The notes under the pieces are model-generated. The model was not told the DNA's origin. It saw only the letters and a list, made by a program, of their open reading frames with translations, and did no database searches. This document shows positions 10,867 to 24,600 of a stretch of 64,000 nucleotides of DNA, piece by piece (positions within the stretch are counted from its first letter, which is position 1; the number at the start of each line of letters is the position of its first letter). Source of the stretch: Geosiphon pyriformis uo1 (lineage: Eukaryota > Fungi > Glomeromycota); the NCBI GenBank assembly GCA_016748015.1, contig JAAOMT010000198.1, positions 356,797-420,796 of the forward strand. Reading direction: 5' to 3'. The position numbers were made by a program, and so were the translations under genes.

Positions 10867-11586
10867 ATGACTATTCTTCAAAACATTCAGCAATTATCCC
10901 AAAAACTAATGTTAGCTTTAAAAACAATACCCGAATTATCCATTACTGTTATTGGAAACCACATTAATTATACCTAAACAGAAGTAATTACAAATTTAGC
11001 CCCAAATTCACGAAAATATCACACATATAAGAAGAACACAAGAAGTTATTCTGGAATTCACCTGCCAGAACTTTTAAAGCTTGCTTTAAGAGAAAACTTA
11101 ATGCTCACTCCTATTAGTATTCTACCAAATGCTACTATTCAACAAAAACTTCAACTGTGTCTTAATAAAAAAAACTATGATTATACTCCAATATATAGAT
11201 ATTTCTACATTGGAAAAACACTTCACGAATGAAAATGGGAGCTTACAGCAGCAAACTTCACAAAAGAAGCTATTTGAAAACAACTCCACAACAAATTCAA
11301 GACAACAGCTAGATCTACAAACAGTCATTATAAACTAAGAGCTGCTCTTAGACTTTATGACCTATTCTACACCTGTGAAAATGTCTTATAAAACCCAATT
11401 TTACAACCTTTGAAGATTCAATACATTGGAAAGCTCACAAAACTGAAATTTCAACAATTTTCAGACCAAATTTCTTCAATAATTTTGGATTATTATCTGG
11501 AAATTACAGACAGTACTTGAACTTCAATGGAGCTTAGTCTTAAGGAAGAAATTATATTACTAGACGAAATTAGAGATATTATTTAA
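10867..11586 (+). pseudogene. ORF3 of unknown function, reading through the PPT into the 3' LTR
   Basis: 240-codon frame MTILQNIQQ...YFYIGKTL...AALRLYDLF...DEIRDII* with a few stops; the C-terminal half is open in copy 2 (39652-39960). Confidence 0.75.
11542..11554 (+). other. Polypurine tract
   Basis: aaggaagaaatta immediately before the 3' LTR; gagaagaaggtta in copy 2. Confidence 0.75.
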
Positions 11587-12518
11587 CATGAAATTATCTT
11601 TATAATTCCTATCATTAATTAGCATATATTATCATTTCAAATTATCACTTATTACATTAACAAAATGTCCGAAATTATCATTTAATTAATAATCCAATTT
11701 GTACATAACACAAATATAACCTAATTGCAATGATTAATCATACAATACCCCAAAATATGTAACATTCAAAAGTTTGCCGAAATTTGTAAAAATTTGCTGA
11801 AATAATTGATAGTTCACTGAAATATCTAATAGTTTGCAGAAATAACTTGTAGTTCACCGAAATATATCTTTAGTTCAGTGAAATTGTAAAAAAGAGCAAA
11901 GTTCAAGTTCATGAAATAGTGTTACAACAAGTTGTATAAAAGAAGAGCTTCTCTCTTCGAGAAAATATATCTTACTTTAGATTTATCACTTAGAACCATT
12001 CCTACATACACAAAAAAATATAAATATCAAATAATTCAAAAACCAAATTCTTTAATTATTGCACTTAGAAAATCCTCAAAACCCAACTAACATTTTGAAA
12101 TTGATTAGCTACCAATTTCAGTAAACTGTTAGTGACTCCAGGCCTGGATAGAAAATGTTCTCTTGATAAAAACCTATTTCTTTTATATTTCTTTTATTTT
12201 ATTTTATTTTTTCTTATTACAATCATTAGGGTAGCCTACAGACAAGATTTCTGTAGAAGAGTTGACTTTCACAGCAAAGTAACTACACATTTTTAGTGAG
12301 CTTCCTGGGAAAGAGTTGACGTTTACTACAATGTAACTACACAAGTAACTGGCATGAAATTGGCCATTCCACTTATAAGCCCAGTCATTCAAATTATAGG
12401 AGATAATTTAAAAATAAAATTTAGTTATTGGAGGTTCAAACACTTCTCATAGTCATAAATTAACAGCACTACAACAAACATATAAGAGCTAAGAAGAAAC
12501 CAAAAACCTCCAGTAACA
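11555..12518 (+). repeat. 3' LTR of Ty3 copy 1
   Basis: Copy of 2661-3639 differing mainly by transitions plus a deletion of about 15 bp between ttcc repeats. Confidence 0.95.
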
Positions 12519-12522
12519 ATGA

Positions 12523-15500
12523 TAAACTAATCTAAAAACATCCTAGACAAAATGCTTAAAATTACCAGAAACAAGCTCACTACCAGCTAAAAGGCAATGG
12601 CCCTTTAAATGAGAGGGAAGGTGCCAATCAGAGTCAGAGGCAACAGCAGCAAAAGTATCCACACAATCATTTCCCACAACACTTGAGTGACTTTTTATTT
12701 TAATTCAATTCACCTTCAAATTTTTGCAATGAATAATGTTCACAATATGCTGATGCTTAACCCAATACCGAACATGAAAATCCAGACAAATAAGATGCAG
12801 CTCCGATTTGCACGCATTTAGAGCAGCCTAACTATCAAAGTGTAAGCAAACTAAGCTAAGAAGAGAACACACATTTCAATGCCAGAGCTATAGCCTATAG
12901 CTCCATCAAAGTGGAAGACAACAAGCCAGTAACTCTTATATCCAAACCCAAACCAATGTCGTCAAAAAAAACAGTAATATTAGCCTTTCTCCATATGGTG
13001 CCCAAATCTCTTAGAGAACTATCCATATAGACAGACAGACTATCAGTACTAACACAAAACAACTGATCACATACCAACTTAAATTCTTGAGTCTCCAGAA
13101 TATTCAAAAACTTACCAACACCTCCAAAGAGAGATGGACCAGGAGGAAAAGAAGCCACATTACTGAGAAAGGTGACAGAAAAACCAAATCACTCAAGAAC
13201 TGAACCATAAGAATCCAATTTTTTCCAGCACTTAAAGATTTTCCAATTAAAAATGGCACCATGGCGATCACGGAGCTGATCCACAAAGACAACACTATAC
13301 TGACATAAAGAGGAGAAACACGCACAGAACTTAGCTTCTCCAAAAACCATTGACATAGGGACCCCATCCTGATAATAAAATAGATTGCCCAAAGATCCGC
13401 TTAGAGAAAGATTATTTTTTGCCAAAATACAGACCACATCAGCTAAAAAATTATTCAAAGAACTAACACAAACATGCACTGGAGAATTCAGAAGGTAAAT
13501 GGAATGCCAACACAAAACTAGTAAGTTGTAAGATCTATGAGAGAACATATGACCCAAAGTCTCACCAGAGTTTATAAAACTCACAAGTGAGACTATTTTG
13601 TCTTCAGATTGCACCTGCTCAAAGGACTTCAAACTATAAAAAGAAGGGTAATAAATTGAATCATTTTGGAAGTTAATAGGAAGGCCAGATTTCAATTTAA
13701 GGTCTTTCCGAACCAAAGTATCCTATTTGTTGCACATATCAAAAAGTATGAAGCTGAATTGAGTCCTATAGCTCACAATAAGATGGAGAACAGCCAAAAC
13801 CAAGTACAAAAATTGTTTATCTGAAATGACTTTTCTTAGCACAAGATTAAAGAAAAACCAAACATCTGACTGTGCTTTGGCCAAGCTAGGCTTTGAAAGA
13901 CTCTTAGTTGAAAGATAGATGCCCAGATATCGATGAGATTTCTCTCTTTTTGCAATAGCAATGGGCAAGCCACTGATAACCAAAAAAAGACTACCAACTT
14001 TGCAATTAATAAGGATGACAACAGTCTTGTCTGTATTAATAAAAATGTCATTGATCCAAAAAAATTCACTGGCAACATTGAGAATATGCTGGGTAGCACT
14101 CTGACTGCTACCAACTCAAATTGTATCATCAACAAAAGCTCTAGCAGCAAAGAAAGAAAACAACCCAACAATGAATTCCAAACGACCATTTTTTGAAATA
14201 AAATGTGAATTCAATCTGTACCCATACACACTTTCCTGTCTCTTAACCTCGCAAAGAAGAGGATCATAGAATATGCACCAGAAAAGTGGTAAAAAAACCT
14301 CTCCCTAATCCAAGCCATCATAAACATAATATTCATCAGTTAAGCTGAAGTCAGTCATAATCTTGTTAATGCAGTTGCAATAAATACTACCAAAAAAATA
14401 TATGAACTTGTTATATATTTTAATCCTAATCAAACTCTTTCTAAGATGCTCTCAATCAACAGAATCATATGCCTTCTGCATGTTCTGTAAAACTAGCCAG
14501 AGTTCGCAGTTCTTCTCTAGAGCATCTTCTATCACCAAGCCAACTGTGAAAATGGGTGATTGTGTAGAAGTACCCTTCAAAACAGAAAAGTTGTCACCAT
14601 AAAGAACATTGAATCTGCTACATGCCAGAGAAATCTTATCAGACAGGATCTTGAAGAGAATCTTACAGGCTGTTTCAATTAGGGCAATAGAATGGGTGTT
14701 CATAAAAACCCTCTCCCATTTGTATGGTTTAGGAATCATCAAGACCCAAACCTCTTTCCAAAAACTAGGCACAGATTCAATAATCAAACAAGTGTTCAAA
14801 AGCTCCAAAAGCATACCTATGATAGAATTGTCACAGTGTTTCCAAAATTTGTTGGGAATACCAGAAAGACCAGCAGCTTTGCCATCAGGCAGATCAGAAA
14901 TCACACCAAACAATTCATCAAAAACAACTGGCTGCATTACACCTGAAAAAGCACCATTAAAGACATACTCCAGAGACTGGTATTGACAAAACCATTCATT
15001 AGAGATATCAGAAACCACCTTGTATCTCCTAGTCTACCCCTCCATAATTACATCCACCTTAGTCTTGACCAATTCAGGCTCCAAAATCAATTCGTCACCA
15101 ACAACTAGATAGTCCAATTCCACCTTATAGAACAAACACTCTAAAACACTCCTAATAGTGTGACTTTTATCAGAAATAAAGCTCTCCATATGCCTATCAA
15201 TGACAGACCTAATACTTGACTCCTGAGTTCTCAAAAATTTGGCAAGTTTGGAGACATAATAAGATTTCCACACACCAAAAAAAGCAGTTCTAACACAATC
15301 AAAATCTGCACCAGAGTCCAAAAGAACCTGTACCACCAAGACTTTGTCAGAGTTTAAGAAAGCCCAATGACTTATCAAAGATGTAAACCTCACAGAGTCC
15401 TGGCCACAGAATGCTTTGATTATTCTTGAAATCAAAATTTCCAATCTGTGAAACCTAGAAGAGCCCTTGGTGAAAATGCTATCAAAGTCTTTGAACCATT

Positions 15501-16440
15501 TTTTCTTAAATAAATTATTAGCTAAAAAAACCATCACTTTATGAACAATATCCCACATAGAATCTAAATCAAAGAAAACCACAAAGGAAGCAAACTCCTC
15601 AGAAAACATAGCAGCATTTACTGCTGTTAACACTTTGAACCCACACCACTTAATATTGTCAACACTTTTGATATCATACTTCTAACAATCCTTATTCGCT
15701 TGCTTACAAATGAAATTCAGATGCATATCCAATAGTCCATCCAAACTTACACACACAGAAACTGCTCTATGATCAGAGTCAAAATGGTCACCAACATCGG
15801 CTACACCATGATCAATTACCGCACTAACCAAGTTGTGAGAAATGAATATGTAATCAATAGTCTTAAAAACACCTCGGAAGTTAGCTCACGTCAACATTTT
15901 AGCAAACAAGCTCCCACCCAAAGAATTAACCAAGCCAAGGTTCAAGCATTTCTTGAAACTGGCACTCTTACGTGAACCATCCTCATTGAAATCACCACCC
16001 AGCACAATAAAAAAGGATTCGTTTACAGCTCTGGCAATCAGCAAATTGATGTTGCCAGCCTGAGAAAACCAAACATCTGAAGAAACACTGGCATATAGTC
16101 CCAAAATCGTAACAGAAAGTTTGTTATTAAAAAGTAATCTAATAGAAAAGAGCCATCCAGGCACCTCAAAAATCTTACAAATATCCCTTGTCAAAGAGTT
16201 ATCCATAACAATTGCCACACCAGAACCCAAGTGACCAGAATTCAGACCAGAAATAAAAACATGAATGCAATTGAATTTATTGGCAATTCAAAAATGAACT
16301 CTGCCTTTTAACTTAGTTTCAGTGAAAATTAAAATCAAAATGTTCGTATCTTTGTGCCAACAAATAATGTCATCCTGCTTGGCAGGATTGTTTATCCCTC
16401 TAATATTGCAAGTGGCAATCTTCCAAACTAGACTGGTCAT
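12523..16440 (-). pseudogene. LINE A ORF2 (APE endonuclease, RT, RNase H)
   Basis: WKIATCN, LGGDFNE, KAAGLSGI, QKAYDSVD, YLGI and VYMDSSL (RNase H) motifs; many stops. Confidence 0.9.
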
Positions 16441-18331
16441 TGAGATAGAAAGAGAGCTGAAGAATCCACACCAGAATACAAATGATTTAACCTTTCCAAA
16501 ACTGAACTGATTGAAACCTCAAAAGCTACCATTTTTGATTCCAATTCACCCATCTTGGAGGTCAGAACCTTGGAAAAACTAGAACTAGAATCATGGACAA
16601 CATCATCAACAGCTAAAAAAGAAGGAGTGGAAGTGGAAGCCAATATCATATTATTTAAAGCCATATCCACATTCAAATATGGTATTAAGAGGGCAGGAGT
16701 GGCTGGAGGAAGAACATTAGAAAGGATCACTGTTGGTACCAGTTCCATACCACTTAACTTTTTTAATATACTGGACACTTGATCTGTCAAGAGCTCCAAG
16801 GAGTGTTCCAAAGTGTTCAGACAATCATTCAAAGAAGAGTTGTTAGCTGAAATAAGAGGAGAATCATTGATTGAATCTAAGGCACCAAAAAGGGAGGGGA
16901 CTAGAACCAGAACCATTACTGAAACAAAAACCACCAGAAGGACCAGCAAGTAAGACCACTTGAGCCCAAGATTTGCCACCAAAGACAGCTGGCCGAGATA
17001 TTGGAACACCTTTTTTTTCATACAACTTTGCCAATTGAAGATGATGTCCATCAGATGTAATTCTTTTAAATGTTCTTGAGAGCTCAGATGAGGATGCAAC
17101 AGATGCATCACATTCCAGAACAGAATAACCAAACTTCCCACATTTTTCACACCAAACCAGATTCATCCTTGTCCAAGAAAGTTTAATGCTGCCAAGAATT
17201 GGCTCTGTGCAAAAAGCAGATTCCAGATTATCATCAGATTCAAAACTGATTACAGCCCGACAAATTCTATTACTAGTTTCCAGAGATCTGTTTATAATGC
17301 AAGTTTTTCTACCAGCCCTATCCAGAAGAGTCCCAAGATCATGTGCCATTGTTTCCACTAGCAAAGTAAACAGAAGTGCTCTGAACTGATCTCTTGAAGC
17401 CCAAGTTTCACAATCTCCTACTGCTTTGGCTACATACACAGAATCCTTACCAATCAGGAACAACTACTTAAAAACTAACAAATCAGCTTGGTCTAATTCA
17501 GCAAACTCCACCACAGCTTTTTGCCACATTCCAATCAGTTGAATTTTGATCGAGTTAATTTCTCCAAATTCGGACACTGCGGTGATGATCATATTTTTAA
17601 GTGTATTCATGGGAATTTCCTTAATTACTACAGCCTGATCTGACTTCATTCTTTGTTTCTTAAGATTGCTGTTTACATCAATCTCTTTTTTTTTTGGCCA
17701 ATGATGCAGCCATTTCCATGCTTTTTTCAGAGGTAAACGTTGATCGGATGATCTCTTCAAATTTTGAGGGGGTAGTGGCTCTCCCAAAACCATTGACTGT
17801 TGAAAAAATTTTCCTGATGAACTGAGTTTTTGTTGTAGCAGATTTGCCCTTTACCACCAAAAAATTGATATCCAAAGCAAATGATTTTCTAACAGAAACT
17901 TCCACAGGGGTTTTCACAATCTTAAGATCAATTCATTTCTTTTCCAAAAATATATCAAGGGGGGGTGGGAGGAGTTCCACTTCTTCTTCTATTTCATAAT
18001 TGGGGGAGCCAAGAGGAGACCCAAAGACCATGCTGGAATTCACTCTTTTTGCTTTAGGAGTAGTAGCTGCTGAGCCTAAAAGTGATCCAATATTGATATT
18101 TTCTATGACTATATTGTCTTCACCACAACTTGATTCACTATCCATGTCCAAGTACATGCCATCAGAACCAAGTTTGACAAGAGAAATGTCTCTTTTATTA
18201 CCTGAATGTTTAACATTACCAAGAACCACTTTTTTTTTTTGGGAGAAAAACTCACCAGCAAGACCATAGAGAATACTTTTAGGCACTTTTTTTTTAGACA
18301 TATTACTGCTAGAAGCAGTCTTTAAATTCAT
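16437..18331 (-). pseudogene. LINE A ORF1 (RRM-like regions, CCHC knuckle, coiled coil)
   Basis: FGEINSIKIQLIGMWQKAVVEF, CEKCGKFGYSVLEC and LEHSLELLTDQVSSILKKL; its stop overlaps the ORF2 start (ATGA). Confidence 0.85.
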
Positions 18332-19688
18332 GACAAAGGGGTTATTAGTTAAAGAAATATTGATATAAACTTAATAAAAAAAACTAAAAAACTTTTTTTT
18401 CAGAAAATGCACTCTTTGAGGATTATTTGGAGGTAAGAGAAAAAGAAGTTTTTCCTTATTTATATTAAACAAAAAATTAAGTATCTAATAAGTCTTTTAA
18501 TTTTACTAAAATTATAACAGTTCTGTAATTAATAAAAAAATATTTTTGTATTTTTAAAATATTATAAACAATTATAGTATTATTTATAGAAAAAAAAACC
18601 AAAATAAAATCAATAGTTTTTTTAATATTATGTATATTTATTCAGATTAATGCTTTTACAAGAAAGTTATTAAAAAAAAAGTTAATTAAATTTAAATCCA
18701 AGTATTTTTTAAAACTAATATTGTATTTTAATCTATTTTTATTAAAATTATTATCCAAGTTAATAAAAATACTTTTGTTAATAACCTAAATAATAAGTAA
18801 ATTAATAACAAATATTTGATTTAACTAAACATTCAGAAAGATATTAATATATAAACCCAATATTATAACTGATAGTTTATTTTTAAACAGTAATTAAATT
18901 AATAAAAGCCAATTTAAAATTTTTAAAAATTTTATACATATGTTTAGTTACATATTTATTTAAAATAATAGCAATTTTAAAGCCCAAAAAATTTGTATTT
19001 AAACAAAATATAAACATTCAAATTTTATTAAATTTATGTAAAATTTAAGACTTAATCTTATATTTTTGTTTGGTTTTTTTATAATAAATATTATATAATT
19101 ATTGTTTTTATGTTATCTAAAAATGTTCTTTTACTTTAAAAAAATATTTATGCTTTTAATATTATTATACTAATTTTTATATTAGACTAATTATTAAAAA
19201 AAAAATAAAAAACCAAAAATAAAAACCAGATAATCCAATTTTAAAAAAATAGTATTAACAAAATTAAAGCAAATATATTAAACTCTAATTTGCTAATTTT
19301 GGTAATAAATATTTTTAAATTACTATAATTAAAAAATAAAAAACTATTAATAATATTGTTAAAAAAAACTTATTTAAAACATCTATAATTATAATTAAAT
19401 TAACTAAAATTAATAATGCTACAAAAATTAAGCAAAAAAGAATAAAATAATCAAAATTAAGTTTAGTTTACTAAAATTACAGCAATTTAATCTGTTAAAA
19501 GTTTTAAAAATATATTAATTTTTTGGTTTTTAATTGATTAATATTAATTAATAGTAAAAAAGTTTTTTCTCTTGTCAATCCTCTGGCCACAATGAAAACA
19601 AATATTTTGCTGATAAAATAGCTTTTTCTTTTTCTTTTTTCTCCTTTAGCTTGCAGTTATTTCTTTCAATATGCCCCTCTTTGTTGCA

Positions 19689-21632
19689 ATGGAACTGGTG
19701 AGCTCATCTGCTGGTGGTTCTGGTTTTGGATCGACTGGATTGGAGATCCAGTCTGGTGTCAAGAAGAAAGTGTGAGTTGAGAGTGTTTACTCTCAAGGTC
19801 CGTCATATAAGAAACCTAGGAAACCTGATGTTGCTGGTGGAGTTGTGGACTTATTTGCTGGCCCTCTGCCTACCACTCTGTTATATTTGGGTGATAAGAA
19901 ACATAAGGTATCATGGAGAAGTGAGAATGACAAATCCAGCATAAGTGGTGTGTTAGATGTGGAGAATATGGTGAACACAATTGCCGAAAAAATGAGCTAT
20001 GCAAAATTAGGAAAAAATGACAATATGGATATAGCTACACTAAGAAAAACCTGAACTCAAACTTATGTGCTAGACAACCCTCCAAAAGCTCCAATGTTTG
20101 ACATTATGAGTGATGACAAGAATGCATTGAGTTTTCTGTCACCAAAGTTTAATAATTCCAATCAGCTGTCATCTGTCAAGTCACATATTCTGGAAAAACA
20201 GAGCTTTGAGCCAGTAAAATTGTTTACTTTGGATGTGGAATTGTCTGCTGTACCTGGAAAAACTAGTAGTGATAAGTTAATTTCTATCAAGAGAATTTTT
20301 TATCGTATAGATGGTTTTGGAGGAGCCTTTACTCCCTCAAAATTTCTTGGGATCATCAGATCCTTCTTTACTTCTAAGCTGAGTTTAAATATGGTTAAAA
20401 AATTGGCAGTTAGGGAAAAAATTTTGGTCAATAATGTGATTAGGAAACCAAACAGCCATTCAAATCAAAAAGTGATAATCAAAAAGATCTTAGTAGATTT
20501 TCCCAAATTAGCAGTTGAATCAGTTTTTTTTAAATTTGGTAAGATTGTATCAATCAAGATGCAGTTAATTGGTTTATGGCAAAAAGCTTTGGTGGAGTTT
20601 GAATCTCCTGAGATTGCTAGCTCTGTTGCTTCCAAATGGTTAGTTCTCATGAGTAAGGACTTTGTGCAGATGGCTTTGGCAATTAATGACAAACAATCAT
20701 GGATTTTGAGAGATCAACATCAGGCTTTGTTGTATACATTACCAGTTGGCACAACTGCTCATAATTTGTCTGGTCTGCTGGAATCATATGGTGGGAAAAC
20801 TTGTTTCATTGGCCATAATCCTAGTTCGTATGTTCGTGACAGATGTATTGTGATTTGTTTTGAGAATAAGGCATCCAAATTGGCTGCTGTTGGTTTTGTT
20901 CTTATTTTTAAAGATGTGAATCTGTGCTGGACTAGTCTTTTTTTGGCATGTTGTGCCAAGTACAAATAATTTGGTCATATTTCTGAAGTGTGTTCAGTTG
21001 GTGGGAATTCTGGAGTTTGTGAAAAGTGGGTGGTGACTGATTAGGATCAAGTTTGTTTGGCATATATTTATAAAAAAAAAAAGGCTCTTGTTGCACATCC
21101 AGTCTCTTTTGGTAATAAAACTTAGGCTCAAGTTGCTGGTGGTATTTTGTCTTGTGTGATTTCCTCAATTCCTTTTGGTGCAGATCAGTCTCCTGGTGCC
21201 AAGACGTCTTCATTTGCCTCTGCTTCCTCTGGTAATCCAGACTTGTATGATTATATGGCTTCTTTGGAATGCTTTTTGGGACTTCTGGCTGACCAGATTT
21301 CTGGTATTTTGAAAAAATTGAGTTTCGTGGATTTGGTGTTCCTGGCAGTCACTTCTGAAGTCCCTCTTTTAGTTGTTCTTGTGTGTGTAGTCTTTGGCTT
21401 GAATTCGGACATGACTTTGGATGGTGCACTGGTGTTTTTCATTCCCCTTTCTCCAGCTGTCAATAATACAGTTATTAACTTAAGTTCAAGTAGTTCTAAG
21501 GTTCTAACCACCAAAGTTGGTGATCTAGAATCCAAGATGTTAGCCTTGGAAATATCAGTTGAATCTGTTTTGGAAAAGTTAAACTGTTTGTGCTCGAATT
21601 TGGATTCGTCAACTTTGTCTTCTTCTCAATGA
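19689..21632 (+). pseudogene. LINE B ORF1
   Basis: MELVSSSAGGSG... frame continues through track ORFs 19845, 20067 and 21147; RRM-like and degenerate CCHC motifs; homologous to LINE A ORF1. Confidence 0.85.
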
Positions 21633-24600
21633 GTGATCTTGTCTAGAAAATTGCGACATGTAATATAAGAGGCTTAAATAATCCAGCCAAACAGGCTAAT
21701 GTTATTTGATGGCACAAAGATATAAACAATCTGGTTTCAATTTTTACTGAGACAAAACTTAAGGATAAGATTTGCCTGTGGATAGTCAACAAATTTGATG
21801 GAGTTCAGGTGTTCACGTTTGGCCTGAATTCTGGTCACATGAGTTCTGGGATTGCTATTGCTATGAACAATTCTTTAGCAAAGCATGTTTACAAAGTTTC
21901 TGAGGTGCCTGGTCAGCTTCTGTCTATTAAGCTGTTGTTCAAAAATAAACTTTCCGTGTCAATTTTGGGTTTTTATGCTGGTGCTTCTGTGTTAGTTCAG
22001 TTCTCTCAAGCTGGTAAAATCAACTTTCTTATTGCAAAGACTGTTAATGAGTCTTCTTTTATTGTTTTCAGTGGTGACTTTAATGAGAATGGGTCTTGAA
22101 AGTGTACTAGTTTTAAGAAATACTTTAATTTGGGCTTAATAAATTTTCTAAATGGGAGCCCTGCTGTGAAAACACTCACTTGGTGCAATTCTTGTGGTGT
22201 TTCAAAAATGATTGATTATGTGTTTGTCTCCTCAAACCTGGTTAATGCTATTGTGAATTGTAGTGTGGCTGATGTCATGAAACATTTTAATACTAATCAC
22301 ATGACTGTTTCTGTTTCTGTGAGTTTGGATGGTTTGTTTGATGTTTGACTGAATTTGCTGTGCAACAAGCAAATAAAGACCATTGGAAATTTGATGTTAA
22401 AAATATGAATGATGCTAAAAGGTGTAAGTTTAATACATCTATGGCAGCCAATGCTGTTATGTTTTTGGATGATTTCTTTTTGGCCAGTAAGTTTTCAGAT
22501 CTGGACGCTATGTGAGACATTATTCGCGAGATCATGGTTCTTTTAGCAAATAGAACATTCAAAAAAAGATGGTTCAAGGGTTTCAAAAATGTTTTTATCA
22601 AGGTGTTTTCCAGGTTTCATAAACTAAAATTGCTAGTTTCTAAATTGGTTAAGGCTTTGTGTTCAGTCTCTGGTGATGATTTTGCTTCTTTGCTGAAGGT
22701 GTGGAACAGGCTTGATTCCACTAGTGCATCAGCAGTGAGGTCTCTTTTTCTCTCAGTTTCTAATTTTGGTCTTATTCATTCTGCACTGGCCAAGACAAGA
22801 AAGTTGTACTGCTTTTCCAAATTGCTGGAATTTAGGCGTGCTGAGGAGTCCTTTATCAGGCAGACTATTAATAAAAGAATGAAGAGTTTTGAGTTAGACA
22901 AAGGCCACACCATCAGAAGTATGTTAGAGCATTCTTTTTGCAAAGTGGTATTAGACCATTTGGTTGTGGATGATGAGCTGGTCTTGGAGTCTGAGTTGGT
23001 TAAGTCTAAGGTAGATGTGATAATAGAGAAATGGACTAGGAAGCATAAGATGGTGACTAATATCTTGGATGATTGGATTTGTCAATTTCAGCCCTTGGAT
23101 TACATCTTTGATGGTGCTTTTTCTAATGTTATGGGCTTGATTGGTTTTGATAAGATGTTTGCTGTAGTATCAAATCTGTCTGATGGGAAAGCAGCTAGCC
23201 TTTCTGGCATCTCAAATGAATTATGGAAGTGCTGTAACAAGTCAGTTTTAGATATGCTTTTGGTGCTCTTAAATTGTTGTTTGGTTCATGAGTCTGTTCT
23301 TGGTTCTTGAAGAGAAGCCTGGATCTCGATAATTCTTAAACCATATGAGTAGGAGAGTGTTTTTACGAACACCCATTCCATTGTATTGATAGAAACGGCC
23401 TGCAAAATACTTTCCAAGATTCTCTTAGACAGAATTTCTTCAGCTTGCAGCACTTTTGATGTTCTTCATGAAGACAACTTCTCTGTTTTGAAAGATACAT
23501 TAACACAATCTCCCATTTTTGCCATTGGTTCTGTAATTGAAGATGTTTTAGAAAAGAACTGGGAGCTGTGACTGGTGTTACAAGACATGCATAAAGCCTA
23601 TGATTCTGTTGAGTGGGTTCATCTCAAGAGAAGCTTGGTTAGGATCAAAATGTGTAACAGATTCATTGGATTTTTTGGTGGGATTCACAATAGTCATGTT
23701 AACAGAATGATAACAGACTTTGGTTTAACTGATAGATATTGTGTTCATGATAGTTTGGATTAAGGGGAGGTTTTTTCACCTCTTCTCTGGTGCATTTTCT
23801 ATGATTTGCTTTTGTGTGAGGTCAAGAGACAAGAGAGTATGTGTGAGTACAGGTTGAATTCTCATTTTGTTTCCAAAAATGGCCAGGCAGAGTCTCAAGC
23901 TAGATTGACATCATTTTTCACTGCAGGTGCTTTTGTTGATAATACCATTTGGGTTGGTAATAGCCAAGCTGCTACACAACACATTCTTGATGTTGCTGGT
24001 GAATTTTTTAGATTTAATAACATTTTCATAAACAATGACAAAACTGTGACCATTCCCATTAATTGTTGGGTAGTGTTTCCACATCTGACTATTAGTGGCA
24101 TACCAATTTCTATCACAAAGAAAGGTGAATCTTACTATTATCTGGGTATTTTTTTTATTAATTGAGGGTTTGTTGAAGCCTAGTTTGGCTAAGACTCATT
24201 TGAATGTGCATTTTTTTGTTAATTTTGTTCTAAGAAAGGCAATCTCGAATAAGCACTTTGCTTATTTGGTGTTAGCAGTTCTGTTTCCAATTATCGACTA
24301 CAGGACTCAATTTAGTTATGTTCATCTCAGTGTGTGTAATAAGTGGGATGCTCTGATCTGCAAATGTTTGAAGTCTAAATCTGGTCTTTCTCATGATTTC
24401 CCCAGTGATACACTTTATTATCCATCTCTATACAATTTGAAATCTTTTAAGCAAATTCAGGCTGAGGACAAATCTGCTTCTACTGTTTTTTTTGCAAATT
24501 CAGCTGGAATTTTGGGTTGGTTGTTCTCTTACAGATCTCATGATTTTAAAGTTTTTAGCTGGAACTCTTGTCACCCTTTACAGTTTCCGGCTTGTGTTAA

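Larger units (their letters stand above)
2661..12518 (+). mobile_element. Full-length Ty3/Gypsy LTR retrotransposon (family 1, copy 1), 9858 bp
   Basis: Paired LTRs TGTTA...TAACA; 4-bp TSD ATGA (2657-2660 and 12519-12522); PBS, PPT; gag, PR, dUTPase, RT, RH and IN motifs. Confidence 0.97.
1760..18454 (-). mobile_element. Full-length LINE (non-LTR retrotransposon) A, interrupted by Ty3 element 1 at 2661-12518
   Basis: ORF1 and ORF2 (APE-RT-RNase H-CCHC) remnants on the minus strand; A-rich tail near 1760-1776; candidate TSD cttatttat at 1751-1759 and 18455-18463; about 6.8 kb once the insert is removed, matching LINE B. Confidence 0.9.

Noticed and set aside
13933-14986. Plus-strand ORFs antisense to LINE ORF2, and similar shadows over Ty3 pol
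   Set aside because: Antisense or alternative-frame shadows of TE coding sequence with no independent motifs.
19556-19566. Candidate LINE B TSD aaaaaagtttt (also 26450-26460)
   Set aside because: Low complexity and also similar to the LINE A 5' end, so it cannot be separated from the element terminus.
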